A stretch of 62,103 nt of DNA, the filler included, from Rhabdomonas costata (lineage: Eukaryota): assembly GCA_019059605.1 (NCBI GenBank). It is 26 parts of 26 records of this genome, joined end to end, with 100 filler letters (N's around TTAATTAATTAA, not from the genome) between each part and the next. Parts side by side here need not be neighbours in the genome. Positions count along the whole stretch, not along the records: positions 1 to 2,293 come from JAHMHO010004227.1; positions 2,394 to 4,686 come from JAHMHO010004228.1; positions 4,787 to 7,077 come from JAHMHO010004229.1; positions 7,178 to 9,469 come from JAHMHO010004230.1; positions 9,570 to 11,861 come from JAHMHO010004231.1; positions 11,962 to 14,254 come from JAHMHO010004232.1; 20 more parts are not named here. One strand, 5' to 3'. The position numbers were made by a program, and so were the translations under genes. How positions within the stretch are numbered: the stretch's first letter is position 1; each line of letters opens with the position of its first letter. Shown here in pieces: positions 1-12,114 of this stretch. The notes beneath the pieces were generated by a model that was given only the letters and a program-made list of their open reading frames with translations, made no database searches and was not told the DNA's origin.

Positions 1-1991
1 TGTTGTGTGGTAGTCGTGCGGTCTTCCTGGTTGGTTCCGCAACTCGTGCCAATGCCCAATCCATGGCTGAAATTTGCATTAGCTCGTTTGCGGTATATAT
101 CTGTTATAAATTTGGTTCATGTTTGACCGAAATCTTCCATGTGTCAATTGTGGTAAACGCAGGGTGTTGCCAAAAGTTGCTACTTGGGATCTTCCGCGTG
201 CTAAGGTAGATTTCTGTGGCAGACGCTGGTGGTGGTGACGTTGCACAGTCAGAATTTTTGCCAATTCTGTTTGTTTTAGATGTTAACGGAGAATCATCAG
301 GTAACAGCGGTAATATGTTACAAAACATTTCATCGGATTAGTTGACGTTGACATGTGTTTCGTGACTTGCTAAAGAAGAACTATACAAATTGGATCAATT
401 TCCCCCTTTTGTTAAGTTAGTAAATTTTATTAGTAAATTTGTCAAATTTGTCACTCAGATGCCGGTATTCCTCATTCACATCAAAACCTGTGACGTAATC
501 CTCTAAAATACCCTTTCTTTTGTCAACCCTGTGCTTCTACACGTCCTTTTATGGCCCACGGCCGCTTTAAAGGGTTACGAGTATTGAAACGGCGGGTCTG
601 CAGAGTGCTGCCTCACGTCAAATACTTTGGACCCAAATGGGCAATGCAGGCCTATTCAACCGCTGTCTCCAGTTTTCCGTGTCGATATGGGACAGTTTCA
701 GGCATTTAACAATTGCAATGGGCAGCTTTTTATTGTCACCGATGGTCTGGTGCTTTTTGGAGGCTTCAGCGTGGCCTCATAAGTGCTCATGATATTGCCT
801 GGTCCCATCCGCCAGAGCATATGGCATATTTTCTCGAGCAGAAAGTTCTTAAACGCAATATGGCTGTGGACTTTCCTGCCGGTAAAATGCTCCAAAACCA
901 GGTTCCACGTTCCACTCGAACGAAGCATTTGATACCAGAATATGGCCCGGGTGAAGGAACCGAAAAAAATTACAGTATCCCGTCCTTGGGGAACGCGGCC
1001 TTTGTATGCAAAGTATCTGGTCGAAAGCCAAAAAAAGCCCTGGGAATATAAATGCTCCGGGCCTGGTACATGGCATAAACAAGGAGATCACGAAACACAC
1101 CAAAAGTCAACACAACAAGGAACATGGCAAAGGAAAAAACACCCGAACCGTAGGTAAGTTGCGGGGGACTCCGCTCCGTTATTTGGAGTCCTGCCATATA
1201 CATTGGCAGCCGCACTGTAAAGCTACATCCCTGAAAGCAAGAATTTTGAAATGGGGGCTCCTTTTCGGACTGCCCTCTGACCAGTTGCTCTTTGATGAGC
1301 TGTTGGATTTATTCGTCATGAACCTTCCGGCGTGGACGCGCCCCCGTTGACGGCCACCTGTAAGCGGATTGGCGTTCCAGGGGTGCAAAATTGAGGCAGA
1401 AAGGAAAAATGGACGTTTTCACGGCGAGGGGGAATGCCTGGGGTTACATTGCAGGGTACGAATGCGTCAGAAATGTTGCGGGTAGAGCTCCTGAAAAAGA
1501 CGCTTGCCGGCCCATTCTGGAAAGACGGGCATTCATTGAAGCCTCTGTCGTCCCTGGTGCGGTGGGCTGTGTCGACGCCAGCTCGGGAAGTTATATGCGA
1601 CCAACGTCATATGACCCTCCCAATTGGAAACGCGTTGCTCTAGGGTCGTCGCTGATTTGACGCCTTCCCGTCCGAGCGGACGATGCCACTTTTTTTAGTC
1701 GTCTTGTCTGCCTGTGTCGGGTAAAATCCGGGTTTGAGGTCAATAGACACCGCGAAGGAAGGACGGCGCTTTGGCAGAGACCCCATTTTTAAATTGCACG
1801 TGCTTTTGAGTGAGGTATCTGTTCGCGTTTGTTTCGCCATCATTATCCCGTGCACACCAATCAGAATCCACCTGGAAAGGGACATCTCATTTCTCATCTC
1901 ACCGTTCTGTTGTTCAACAGCAACCAAGCTCACGAGCACCACCAGTCAAATGTGGCATAAAAGTGAGGAAATGCAACAAAGGGAAAGGGCC

Positions 1992-2141
1992 TCACAGCGT
2001 GAGCCCGTAGATGCGAGGGGGGAACATCTTGCGTCGCCTGATGGTCTTCTTCGTCTTCAGAGCCTTCTCCCATGGCTTCAGCTCACGCCTCTTGGCACGG
2101 GTGAGCTTCTTGCGCAGCCGAAGCGGCTTCCACTTCTTCCC
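1992..2141 (-). CDS. RPL35: 60S ribosomal protein L35 (uL29), terminal exon
   Basis: After a tttttctcAG acceptor the exon reads GKKWKPLRLRKKLTRAKRRELKPWEKALKTKKTIRRRKMFPPRIYGLTL-TGA, matching the eukaryotic L35 C-terminus (GKKYKPLDLRxKKTRAxRR...LKTKK...P.R.Y). Confidence 0.9.
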   Translation of the reverse strand, partial: GKKWKPLRLRKKLTRAKRRELKPWEKALKTKKTIRRRKMFPPRIYGLTL

Positions 2142-2293
2142 CTGAGAAAAAAACGAGGAATGAAGTCACCAGGTCAACAGGCGAAGAAAGGAGACGATCA
2201 TGGCAACAATCGCAAATAATATGCCATCACAGGAACGAAACGGTGACAATGGACAATGATTACAATTCACGAACGCTGACAAACCAAACCCCC

Positions 2294-2393
2294 NNNNNNN
2301 NNNNNNNNNNNNNNNNNNNNNNNNNNNNNNNNNNNNNTTAATTAATTAANNNNNNNNNNNNNNNNNNNNNNNNNNNNNNNNNNNNNNNNNNNN
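2294..2393. other. Artificial contig linker (first of 25; about every 2.39 kb)
   Basis: 44 N + TTAATTAATTAA (stops in all six frames) + 44 N, repeated through the window. Neighbouring contigs carry unrelated genes. Confidence 0.98.
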
Positions 2394-3502
2394 GGGGTTG
2401 TTGTGTAGTAATGCCATCGAGTGCGTAGTAGAATGCGGTGTTTTTGAACTTGTGTGGTGTTTCGAATCCTTTGATTTTTTTTGGGGGGGGGAATCATGTA
2501 ACGGCGTGGTATCCAGACAGCTGTTCGCAGAATGGGGGCATTCTTGATCTGATTTCCATGATTTGTCTTGCTAGCTCACCCTTTGTGTTTGCCAGTGTGC
2601 GTCTCATTAAGTTCATGAAATGAAAATGTCCATAGCGATATCGTGACTCACAGTAAAAATGCACAGCAAGATAAAAAACACGGGAGACACTACTCTGGGC
2701 CGGAAACTGGAATTGCGTATGGCGCAGTATGGCGTAACGCCATACTGCAGAAGTCCACTCACGTCCCGTACAAGCGACGGCACTCGGGTGATTATCCTCG
2801 AAAAAGCTGAGTGACAAGGGTTTCCTCTGTTTAACAATGGGGGCTCCTTGGTCCGGAAATTAAACTGCCCGAACATGCAGAGAGCGCAGTGTACCGGATG
2901 GAAGCCGCTCTCACACAAGCACACCCAGCTTGCAGTCCGTGCTGCCGTCCAGTAGATCCAGCCCGTACTCCATCAGCTCAGCCAGCTCCTTGGGTGAGTA
3001 CTGCCCGTAGAACACGAACCTCTCCCAAAGATCCAGGACTTGAATCCCGGCACAACCATGCCAGATTTCTAGGCAACAGCCCAAGAGCAAAGGGCGCGTA
3101 TGGGCGATCACGCAGATGGATGGGAGACAATTACTCCGACATTGACCATGTGTTCGGCATACAACGGTGGGGTCAAGCATTGGGTTACCCGTATTTCTGA
3201 TCTCAAAACCCCAATGCATTGGAGGTGGACGATACGAGAGAGTCCCTAACGTCTCCGAATCCTGGGTCCTATGTTTCTCTCCCGAACGTGTTAGTGCGAG
3301 TGTTTAGTGTTGCGGTTGATGGCATGGCCCTGCATCACTGGTGGAGCGGAGCTGGAACTCGCAGGAACCTGCGTCTCCAACCCCGCTGAGGAGAGTTCCG
3401 CTCCACTATGATTCTCCGAGATGCTCCATGATGGTAAGGATACTGCTATACTGCTGGCGCTTAGCAGAGACGGACGAAGGGGGGCGGGGGCGCCAAACGT
3501 AC

Positions 3503-4241
3503 GCTCTTGGTGAGAATGTTGCGCTCGTGCAGGATGGCCACTTGGGTGGTGTTGGCGGCAAGGTATTTCAAGGAGGAGGTCTTCAGAGCTTCCATGAAGG
3601 GCGTGTTGGCAACGCCACAGACCTGTGACACCGGACAGGGGCGAAGCAGAAGCCTACATGTATCAATGAAGCCGACCCGAGTGCGGAAAAGTGTAAGGCA
3701 GAATTACGATCCCATTTAGATCCCCCGCGCGCCAATGCGTCAGCGCCCAGCGCCCGTTGGTCCGCAAGGCGAAAGATTAGTCCCTAATTATATTCTTTTT
3801 CTTCGTTTGAGTGTTAACTGTTGGGCATTCACACAGGCGGGGTACACCTAGAGGATTATCATCTGTGACGGAAAAAGGATGTTCCTCTCCCTTCTTTCCT
3901 CGCCAACACGAGTCCGACATTTACAATGGCAGAAGGGCAGGGCCGCATGGCTCCCAAATGACGGCCACTGGCTTGCCAGTTGTCCCAAACCCCCACTCCC
4001 ACACGTTCGACAGGGGAGGGACCTGTTGGTCAGGGCCTGGGGTGGGCTCCGCGTCCAGCGAGAGCCAGGGCTTGATGGTGTGACGGAACCCCAGCACGGA
4101 GCCCAGCTCCCCGGGGTTGTCGATGTACACGTGGGTGGCGAGGTTGAAGAAGTTGGACTTGTAGCTGTCCGGGAGGTCGGGGTGCCGCCCCCCGGGCCCC
4201 AGCACAGCCACCACCATCTCCCGAGAGATGAACTTCTGCAC
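3503..4241 (-). CDS. Two internal exons (4241-4023, 3622-3503) of a possible IP3/ryanodine-receptor-like Ca2+ channel
   Basis: Clean AG/GT-bounded phase-0 exons. LPDSYKSNFFNLATHVYIDNPGE and KYLAANTTQVAILHERNILTKS resemble, in order, the IP3R segments [24 protein letters not shown] and EYL...EKNKLTFE. Confidence 0.5.
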
Positions 4242-7200
4242 CTATAGGAGAGAGACATTCCCACAGTGGTTGTCGGATTAAGGGGGTTTCCTGGCAAGGA
4301 TACCCCATTAAGCCCCGAACTCGGGAACGGCTCCCTTAAGAAATTACATGAAAAAGCTATGCTTCCTTGGAAAAGGTGACAGATGCCTGGGAACACGCTG
4401 GGGACAGAAACTGCACGGTTTGGCTTGAGCTCACTGGAGACGACAATGAATGGTCACCGTACAACGGAATGAACACCCTGACGAGAAAATCAATTCGCTG
4501 CGAAGCGCCGATTCAACCATTATGTGCCAGAGGTCAGTCGGCCCTCGAAGCCACCCCGAGCCATTTTTCGGGGGGTCTTTGGACTGACCAGTGGTGAGTC
4601 ACACTCCAAAATAAGCCATGAGATCACGCTAATGATGACTACGACATGATGGCTTCCAACATTCTGCATCTCAAGAACACAACACCNNNNNNNNNNNNNN
4701 NNNNNNNNNNNNNNNNNNNNNNNNNNNNNNTTAATTAATTAANNNNNNNNNNNNNNNNNNNNNNNNNNNNNNNNNNNNNNNNNNNNTGTGGGGGGGGGGA
4801 ATGATTTCAGAGGAACTAGAAAGGACCTGATGCCATCTCTCAGCAGCTTCCGGATCATAGCCAAGGATGGAGAGGCTATTGGTCCCAACCACGGTCCACG
4901 CCCCAACGCAAAGCAGAAGCGCCCAAGTTGCTGCCATTCGATTAAGGAAAACTGACAAACAGATGCAACTCACAAGGACAACGAAAATATATACAGTATC
5001 AGCACACTGGTTTGTTGTGCAAAGGGAGTTCCCCGCTGCTCGGGACAAGACTGTGGGCCTGGGTGGGCATCATAAAGCAAACCTTTTCCCCCTCAATCAT
5101 TGATCCTGAGGAGGTCCATCACTGAGGTGCTGACTCCGGGCCTTTTGTTTCTGTTTTTTTTTCACCGGGTATAAGCGGGTGGCCAGAGGAAAGAAGGAAG
5201 CCAGAAAAAAGCCCACTGAAAGTTCCCACCGATATTCGCTTCGCCTCAACCCGAAGCGAATAACGAAAAAACCATTTACTCTAATCCCCAAGCGTCCCTG
5301 ACCCATTTCCAGAACTCTGCAATAAATGAACACACAAACCACAGCCGTACATCAAGAACATGAACAACGGCACCAGGCAACCCCCTCCTTGGGGAAGGAG
5401 GAGAGCAGTGCTCCAGAAAAAAAACATTCAGCATCCTCAGAGAGACAGCCCAAGAGAAAGAGAAAGGCTCACCATAAGCACATCTGGGGGGGATACGCGT
5501 AATCTTTGTTCGAGACGCAGATGCACAAACACGCCACGGGGCGATACACGTATGATGACAGCTGAAATACTCGCGCCTACACGAGACTGGCTACACAGCA
5601 CAGAATTGGAGAAGGGGTTGCAGTCCAGAAATCCAAAGCGCTGCAACCCTTCAGCTGATTTCTGGGCAATCATCGAGAAGGGTCTCTCACAGGTAATGAA
5701 TGCCCAGCCCATGTTCGGACGCTACGGGGCGCAGCCCCGGAAGAAGGCGGTCCCGGCCTCCTCTTAGCACCTCGGCCTGCTCCGAGGTAAGGTCGTCGGG
5801 GTTTACAAACTGGAAGGGCCGGAAGTCCGCCACAGCAGTGCTCTCTGAAGCAGTGGGGAGGGGGCAGGGGACAAAAAGTTTCCGGATCTTTCTTTTGCAA
5901 AGCCCAAACCATTCCAACCCAACACAAACACCGGTCAGGATGAGGAATCGGACCCCCATGTCTTTCTATTGGAGGCCTCGTCCAAACTTCGGAACTGGTA
6001 TGGATCACTCCATGCGTTTCTAGGTGAGGGCAGAGGACAAGTTGGCTCAGGTGGCATCCAGATATACGAATACAACATGCTGGACCATGTATTGTTCAGG
6101 TCTTCAACCTCGCAATTCCATCAGTACATAGGCGCCGAAAGCGAAACGAAGTCGAAATGCTGATCTGAAGTACATCAGACTGCCCATTTACCCACTCAAG
6201 CACGAACTGTGTTCTCTGAAGTAGTGACACTCAGCAACATCAATAACTCCACCCAACCCCCTCTTGACCACCAAGACAGCAAGTACAGCGCCGTTATCAC
6301 CAAAAGTTTTCGGTGGCATCAAGCAAGAGAGAGAGAGAGAGAAAAGCGGAAGAAAACACCTTTCTGAGGAGGTCACCGAACGCAAACACAACTCCCGTCT
6401 GTCGCACTTTGAAAGTTAAGGGGTTCGGAGGGGGCAAAGTTCACCACCTCCTTTGAACCGGCGGGAATCCGTGGTATTGGTGCGGCCAAGCCAGTCGAAC
6501 TGCGGGATTTGCGCCGAGAACGTCGTGCTGCGAAAAGCGACGCAACTCTCTCACATCCCGGCCGACTTTATAGAAAAGATCTTGGGGGGTAGATTTCGTC
6601 GCACCAAAGTTCAGGACGACGGTATGATCGGTAGAGACCTAACCAATGAGAAGTATGACCTTTTTGACTTCTATTCGTTCTCGCCGTTTCTCTCTCTCTC
6701 TCTCTTTCTTGTTCTTTATCGTCCCTCCGTCTATTTTTTGATACGTTTTCTCCCTCTCCTTCGTTCATTCCCCTCCTGTTCAGGCTCTATTCTCCCCTTC
6801 ACACGCCTCTTCTCATGCCTTTCCCCCTGTAACTCTGTGGCCTCTTGTATTATTTTGTTGTAAAAAATATTACATTGCGTATCCTGAACACTCTGTGCGC
6901 TGCCTACCGTCACTGTTGAATGAGAGGAATACAAGAGAGCGAGGAATAGAAAAGCAGCGAGAATATGATATTTTGACAACAACGAAAGGAAACACTAACG
7001 CAAAGATTTATATTCCCGTCATATTTTGCTCCCAGACATAACATGAAATTTGTCCTCCGACTTATCGCAACAAACCCNNNNNNNNNNNNNNNNNNNNNNN
7101 NNNNNNNNNNNNNNNNNNNNNTTAATTAATTAANNNNNNNNNNNNNNNNNNNNNNNNNNNNNNNNNNNNNNNNNNNNTGTTGGTTGTCATGCCTTCTCCC

Positions 7201-7397
7201 ATGCAGTGCAAACAGCACAGCAACGCGGATTCTGCGAAGGCGTCTTTTTAGTTGCGCTTATCTTTGGTGAAGGTGAACCGAAGCTCACCGTTCAATACGC
7301 TCGGACCAATACCAACCAACATTTCTTTTTCGTTCACGCATGCCCTCTCCCCTCACCACCTTACTTGTTGCTCGGCGCAGTTGTCCTATGATTACGC

Positions 7398-9090
7398 ATG
7401 CAAACCGTGGGTGGATGCACAGGAACGGTTTCCACGGTTTTGGCGGATGCGATTGCTGGGAAGCGCACGGATGTCCAGCTCACCCCCAGTGAGGTGGTGC
7501 ACGCCAAGTGGAGCGCCTTTCTGGACCGCCTGCAGCTCTCCAGGCTGCTGCCCTTTCAGGGCCAGGACTGCCCCGCGTTCCCATCGATTGTCGGGACGGT
7601 GCTCTCGAAGCACGGTTAGCATCATCTTCCTGAACGCCTGCCCCATCCTTTTTCATGAATCCCATCATCTCAAAAAACTTGTCTTTGTCTTTGTTATTGT
7701 TGATGATGCCGTGATGGGTGAAAGATTGTTTCTGCATTTCCTGGATTCTTTGCGCAGACAATGTCGGATGCGGTTAACCATTGTTTTGTCTTCGAGATAC
7801 AGGATGACATACCTTTTTTGGTGCACGACACAGTAGGGCAAATCGAAGTAGTCGCTGAAAAAACCCCTCCAAAATACAAACTACTGAAAGGTTTTAAGAC
7901 AGTAAAGAGGCACTGCTCCCCCAACGCTAGAAAACTTTGCGGAGCCCCCCGCTCCCTCTCCTTCTGCGTGGATGCACTGAGCCCGCAATATGCTGTGCCA
8001 GTGCAGGGGTGAAGGAATAGGCAGCGCGAAGGGAGCCTGTGTCAAGTACGTGCACAAATGAACGTCACAGGAAAGGATGGTCTGCGGCAACTGCTGGAGG
8101 CCATGGTGAAGGTCTGGGAAACGATGAAGGAGCAGCTTGCGCCGCAGCGCAACGGGAAGCCCAGCCCGTTCCTTCTTCGCCTCCGGAGCACTCCATGGAT
8201 TGTCACCTCGGTGTGCCCCATTCTGGCAGGCGTTGCGGCCAGTCAATCATGCGCGGAACCTGATTCCTTGTGGATGATGAAAAGTCTTTGCTCTGTGCCC
8301 TGTTCGGCACCGCGCTCAGTCCACCTCCACCTCCTTTTCTTTTGGTCAGTTCTAATCGACATAGTGTGGAAAATGAGCGGTTTCCAAAATGGTTAGCGGG
8401 ATGCGAAGGACGAAACGTCAGGCATGTCATTCCTTGATAAGCCTTCCATTGTCTTGTGACTTTAATGTTGTTTGAAAGGTAGAATAGCAAAAGTCAATAA
8501 GTAGTACTATATGGACTAGTAGTACTATATATACTGTAGTAGTAGCACTGTGGAGAAGCGTCGAAAACAACCTGCTGAATGGCATAGGGGGTCACACCAA
8601 CACCGAACAAACTAAGAGAGAGAGAGAGAGAGATCTCCTCATGGCACCTCACCCCCCGTGGTGGCAGTATGGGGCATCCGGCTGTTGTGCAACAATGGCT
8701 GTGCAACAATGTGTGCAACAATGTTGTGCAACTCTGCGGTTTTGCTGTTCTTACCTCACGGCTATGGCTCCATCAGTTCAGTTCTTTTCGTTCCCTGTGG
8801 CAATCTGTGCACCCTCCACATGCCCGCCCAGCGCTCACCGTACAAAAAACAACCTCTTTTCTGTCCGTGTAACTGGGGCGAGGCGGGGACTGTGCAGGCT
8901 GGCACGGTGGTCGCTCCGGCCTCCACTGTGGTGTGGCAGCGGAGCGAGGAGGTGGTCGCGCTGTTCGGAGACTCTGGCGCAGTGCTATACTGTGCGGCAG
9001 AGCTCACGGAGGAGGTGGCCGACGCCCTTGGGGTGCATCGCAAGCCAACCGTGCCTGCCGTGCTGGCCGAGCTGCCCAGGCTTCCCAGCA
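7398..9090 (+). CDS. Multi-exon fragment of a large sacsin/NO VEIN-like protein (outer boundaries approximate)
   Basis: GC-rich exons near 7400-7614, 8021-8210 and 8898-9090. The spliced product LRLRSTPWIVTS|AGTVVAPASTVVW...ADALGVHRKPTVPAVLAEL resembles the W-x-P...LGV...P...VL repeats of these proteins. Confidence 0.4.
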
Positions 9091-9732
9091 GTACGGCTGA
9101 GATCCTTTGTGGAAACCAGGGGAGGAGGAAGAGGGGGGATGCTAACGATACCCTGCACCCTATTTCCTGCAAGTATCCTTGTTTCGTAGACTTTGTTGTT
9201 AACGTGCGGTACATGGGGCATAATCAGCAATCAACTCGCAAATCGCCCGTTGTCCACTCGACTCGCACTGCTGGGCGCTGCGGTCACATGAACGCATTTT
9301 GTACTTACCGGAAGGAAGTTCTTCGTGTCAAAGAAAAAGATACCAGAATCCGTTCCCAGCGAAGGGCGAAGGGTGGAAAGAACAGTAAGAAACGAGGAAT
9401 GGGGGCTTACGTGCTGTGGTTCGCCCGTTTTTCAAAAGTTCTGTGGCAAAAACGGGCGAACCACCACACNNNNNNNNNNNNNNNNNNNNNNNNNNNNNNN
9501 NNNNNNNNNNNNNTTAATTAATTAANNNNNNNNNNNNNNNNNNNNNNNNNNNNNNNNNNNNNNNNNNNNGATTGGAGGAACCCTGAAATCAGGCGGTCAG
9601 CGCCCCCTTTCCCCACACGCAACCCAAAAAACATCATTTAGAAAAAAACAACAACGAAAGAATGGCACGCCAGAAGCCTTCGAGCTGCAACTGCGATCAC
9701 ATGGACGGGCAGGGAGGCGGGAAGGGGCAAAC

Positions 9733-10972
9733 CTTTCCCTTTGCCTGTCATTGGAGGTCAAGTCTGCAAGCAGCGCCTGGTGTGCAACCATGGTGTACGA
9801 CATAGCAGAAAAAGGGACCAAAGGAAGGGGCCTGAGCTCAGCGTGTTGGGCTGACCACGATCCAAACTTACATCTACATTCAGAAAAGCAGCGAAATAAA
9901 TTATTGACGGCAATATCTGAAGCTTTCCTACTACCACCCAGAGGTATGTCGTGAGCTTGTTTCTCATCTTTCTTTCTTTCCTGTCCATGCGAAAACCCTT
10001 AAAACCCTTAATTCTTGTTGCTTAATTTTGGCAAAGTATAATAAAAGCGAGGACAGCGGACCGTTAATATTTCACAAACGGCATATAATTGGAAAAGGGT
10101 GCCATAGCCCAGCAGTTGGAGATCTGTGGGATGACTACTTCAGAAAAGCCACAACTGATTGATGAGCTCAGTTCCCTTCCTGTTGAGAACCCTTGTGCGC
10201 CATCGTAGAGCACCATGGCCACAATGAAATGAAGCCCTGCAATCGCCGGGTTAGCTACTGGGTCTCGTGTGAAGGGACACCAAACCACGAGGAATGCCAG
10301 GGCCCAGAGAGGACCCCCGACACGAATCCGAGGAAGCCGCCGCTGTTGAGCGTTCTGAAAGCGGGTGTCTCCTGGAGAATGAGCGAAGAATCAGAAAAGC
10401 GCGTTCTTCTTTGACTTTGGGACAGTTGTGTCTGCTTGCTCACAGCGATACACGTGTTTCCTTGTCCAGGATGCCTTGGGCTCCGCGCCCAAAGACCCCC
10501 AGGTGCTTTCATTGAAATATGTGCCACTTGTGGCGCGTGTTTCAATGAAAGCACCCGTAAGTGTCGCTGGATTTTCAGTAATGCCAGTTGATTTTTCTTT
10601 TCTAGTGCCCTAAAGGGCGGGAGGGAAATTCTTGAAACAATTGCAATAATGCCAAGTGAGCAGATACCAATTTTGTTTATTCCCAGTCTGTGCTTTGCTC
10701 TTTTCGGTCACCCGAGCGCAAGAGCAAGATTTCGATTGAGGTGCGGGCACACCGATCCATCCAAATACGGGGTCGTTGGTGCAGTTCCACACGCAGTAGA
10801 CGACCTGGCCTACCATGAACCAGAACTGGTTAAGGTGGAAGGTGGTCAAAAACGTCTGCACGTAGAAGGTCACAAAGACGTTGTTCAGCACCGAGGCAGA
10901 AAAGCTTGTCATGGCATAATGCAGAGCCTGACGGTGCAGGCGATCTCCCCAAAGAGTTCGCAGGCGCATCAT
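9733..10972 (-). CDS. MFSD13A: MFS transporter of the TMEM180/MFSD13A family, exons 10972-10753, 10371-10199, 9806-9733 (3' incomplete)
   Basis: VLNNVFVTFYVQTF...WFMVGQVVYCVWNCTNDPVFGWI, GGPLWALAFLVVWCPF, AGLHFIVAMVLYDG and HQALLADL follow the TMEM180 motifs in order ([54 protein letters not shown]). Confidence 0.85.
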
Positions 10973-12114
10973 CCCGGCTCTATCCCGATATCAAAATTTG
11001 TGGGGCCCTTATTACCCACCATATAAACTCAATCCCAGTTGGCAACTTGAGCAAAGCACATCAAAGCCAAGCCACGAAAACAAAACAATGCGGCTAGAAG
11101 AGAAACAAACTGCAACTGCCACATTTTCATGTTCGCACTCAGCGGCAAACAAAGGCATTGAAGGAGGAGGGGAAACACCCACTCAGGTGTATTCAAATGA
11201 AACAAAAAGAAGGTCGAGGTTTGTGTTTTTGTATCATTTGAGAGAAACAGAGGTTTTGTTCAACTGAGCGGGTGAGAATGTGGAAACATTCCTGTTTTTT
11301 TTTTCAAACACAAAAATATTAGTGATCGAACATCTGACCCTCTCTGCGCCAGTTACATAGAACAAATCCCGCATGCAGCGTATTGCACCCTCACTTTTCG
11401 AGCAGCTGAAATCACAACAATACAAATCCGCACAAAAACAAGTTAAGGATTAAGGTCCACTGAGGTCCACGCACCACTGCCATTCTTTACGAAAGACACT
11501 CTCCTCATCATTTTCAGCTGCAGAAAGTCCACAGTGTGCAATCGAATCATTCCAACACGAAAGTTCGAGGGGGGCCCGCCAGCCTGAACGGCGGAGGAAA
11601 ACCCTTGAGCTGCAGAAGGCGAGCCAGCTCGCTTCTCTCCCGGCGCCCCAGGGGAAAAGAACTGCGCGGCCGAAACACAAATGCAGAAGAGAGACAAGAC
11701 GCACCTTCCCACTTTTCAAAAGTGCACAGTGTATCAGGCTTTTTCGCAAGTGAAACGCAGCTGGCAACAACGTCCAACCAACGGAAGCGGTGCGAAATCG
11801 GAGCAAACTCTATTGGATGCGGCCGCGCCCACCAGCCCGAAAAATTAAATCCCCAAACACANNNNNNNNNNNNNNNNNNNNNNNNNNNNNNNNNNNNNNN
11901 NNNNNTTAATTAATTAANNNNNNNNNNNNNNNNNNNNNNNNNNNNNNNNNNNNNNNNNNNNGTGGTCAAAACGAAAAAAGAATCCTCCCGCCCCCCGAAC
12001 CGAATCTGAAATGCGTATGCAAACTTTCGAGTGTGTGTGCGTGTGTGTGTGCGTGCGTGTGTGCGCGCGCGTGCACATCGGATTAGGATAGAGGTGAGGG
12101 TGGGGGAGAGACAC

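Noticed and set aside
698-1103. Possible decayed piggyBac-like transposase (PGLFLAFDQIL, minus strand)
   Set aside because: Only one short motif resemblance. Spacing to other expected motifs does not fit and no TIR/TTAA pair was found.
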